A program made the position numbers and the translations under genes. The notes beneath the pieces are model-generated. The model did no database searches. It saw only the letters and a program-made list of their open reading frames with translations, and had not been told where the DNA came from. DNA of 64,000 nt, taken from an uncultured Acidobacteriota bacterium. Its GTDB lineage: Bacteria > Acidobacteriota > Thermoanaerobaculia > Multivoradales > JAHEKO01. The stretch is from the NCBI GenBank assembly GCA_963713825.1, contig CAVQNG010000034.1:32001-96000 (forward strand), given 5' to 3'. The stretch's first letter is position 1. Each line of letters begins with the position of its first letter. Positions 63,429-64,000 of this stretch are shown piece after piece.

Positions 63429-63822
63429 CTCCCTAGGCTGTCCATGAGTGGATCAAAGACTGTATCGTGATTCGGAATGCTTCGAAGCGAGATTGCGAGT
63501 CGCACGAGTGGATGCCAGTGCCGGACTTTTCCCCTTTTCTGGATCGACTTGCTGCGAGTGCTGCGGCTCCAGGAGTCTGGAGATTGACGGGCTCCCCAAA
63601 GGGGTGCCCTGAGTCTCATCGTAGTGTTGCAGCGAGTCGTGTTCGAAGGAACACCCGGCGGGGTAGGACGTCGCCTACCCCTTGAGGGCGTTGAATTTGG
63701 GCCCAACAATGCTACTTTTTTCCGAGTGGTCGGGGCCGCCCGAAGCAGGGTGGTCGACCGAGCTTCCCACGATCGGAAACTCCTTTTCGTTTCACCCATA
63801 AATAAGAGCTCGGAGGGACAGT

Positions 63823-64000
63823 ATGAGCAGGGAATCTGCCGGCAATCGCTGGACCGTAATCCTCGGAGGCCTGATCGTTCAGATCATCCTAGGTACCGTC
63901 TACGCCTTCAGCGTTTTTGTTAAACCCCTGGAGTCACAGATGGGTTGGGACCGGGCCACTACGCAGTGGGCCTTCTCGGTTACCTTGGCGACGTTCGCAA
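63823..64000 (+). CDS. OFA (oxalate/formate antiporter) family MFS transporter, truncated by the window edge
   Basis: Absent from the ORF track. GGAGG SD, then MSRESAGNRWTVILGGLIVQIILGTVYAFSVFVKPLESQMGW...WAFS. Confidence 0.8.
   Translation, partial: MSRESAGNRWTVILGGLIVQIILGTVYAFSVFVKPLESQMGWDRATTQWAFSVTLATFA

Overview
GC-rich bacterial chromosomal window with about 46 CDS. I found no rRNA, tRNA, CRISPR array or mobile element. Gene content (VWA-related secreted protein, TIGR02266-type PilZ proteins, SYLF protein, heterotetrameric glyQS) suggests Acidobacteriota, perhaps Thermoanaerobaculia; this is inference. Most genes are housekeeping or carbon metabolism: tal, lon, mgtE-recO-glyQ-glyS-ppdK, tandem gap-gap-glgC-GH13, malQ-glgX, glgP-mutL-rnc-asnS, rimO-ribF-trxA, guaB, secA, M23 peptidase and acs. 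The left 17 kb is more accessory: a DHH-like/CPBP fusion, a QueE with an atypical Cx3Cx8C motif, a TonB-dependent receptor locus and an hcrCAB-like molybdoenzyme with Gln at the usual catalytic Glu. The best candidate for an undescribed system is at 5253-8475. A 4-TM, His-bearing membrane leader protein ends in an RPPP arrest-like motif, and its final codons can base-pair over the Shine-Dalgarno region of the downstream TonB-dependent receptor. This is the secM/mifM/cruR architecture and may be a heme- or metal-sensing ribosome-stalling switch. All calls come from manual motif recognition; no searches were run.
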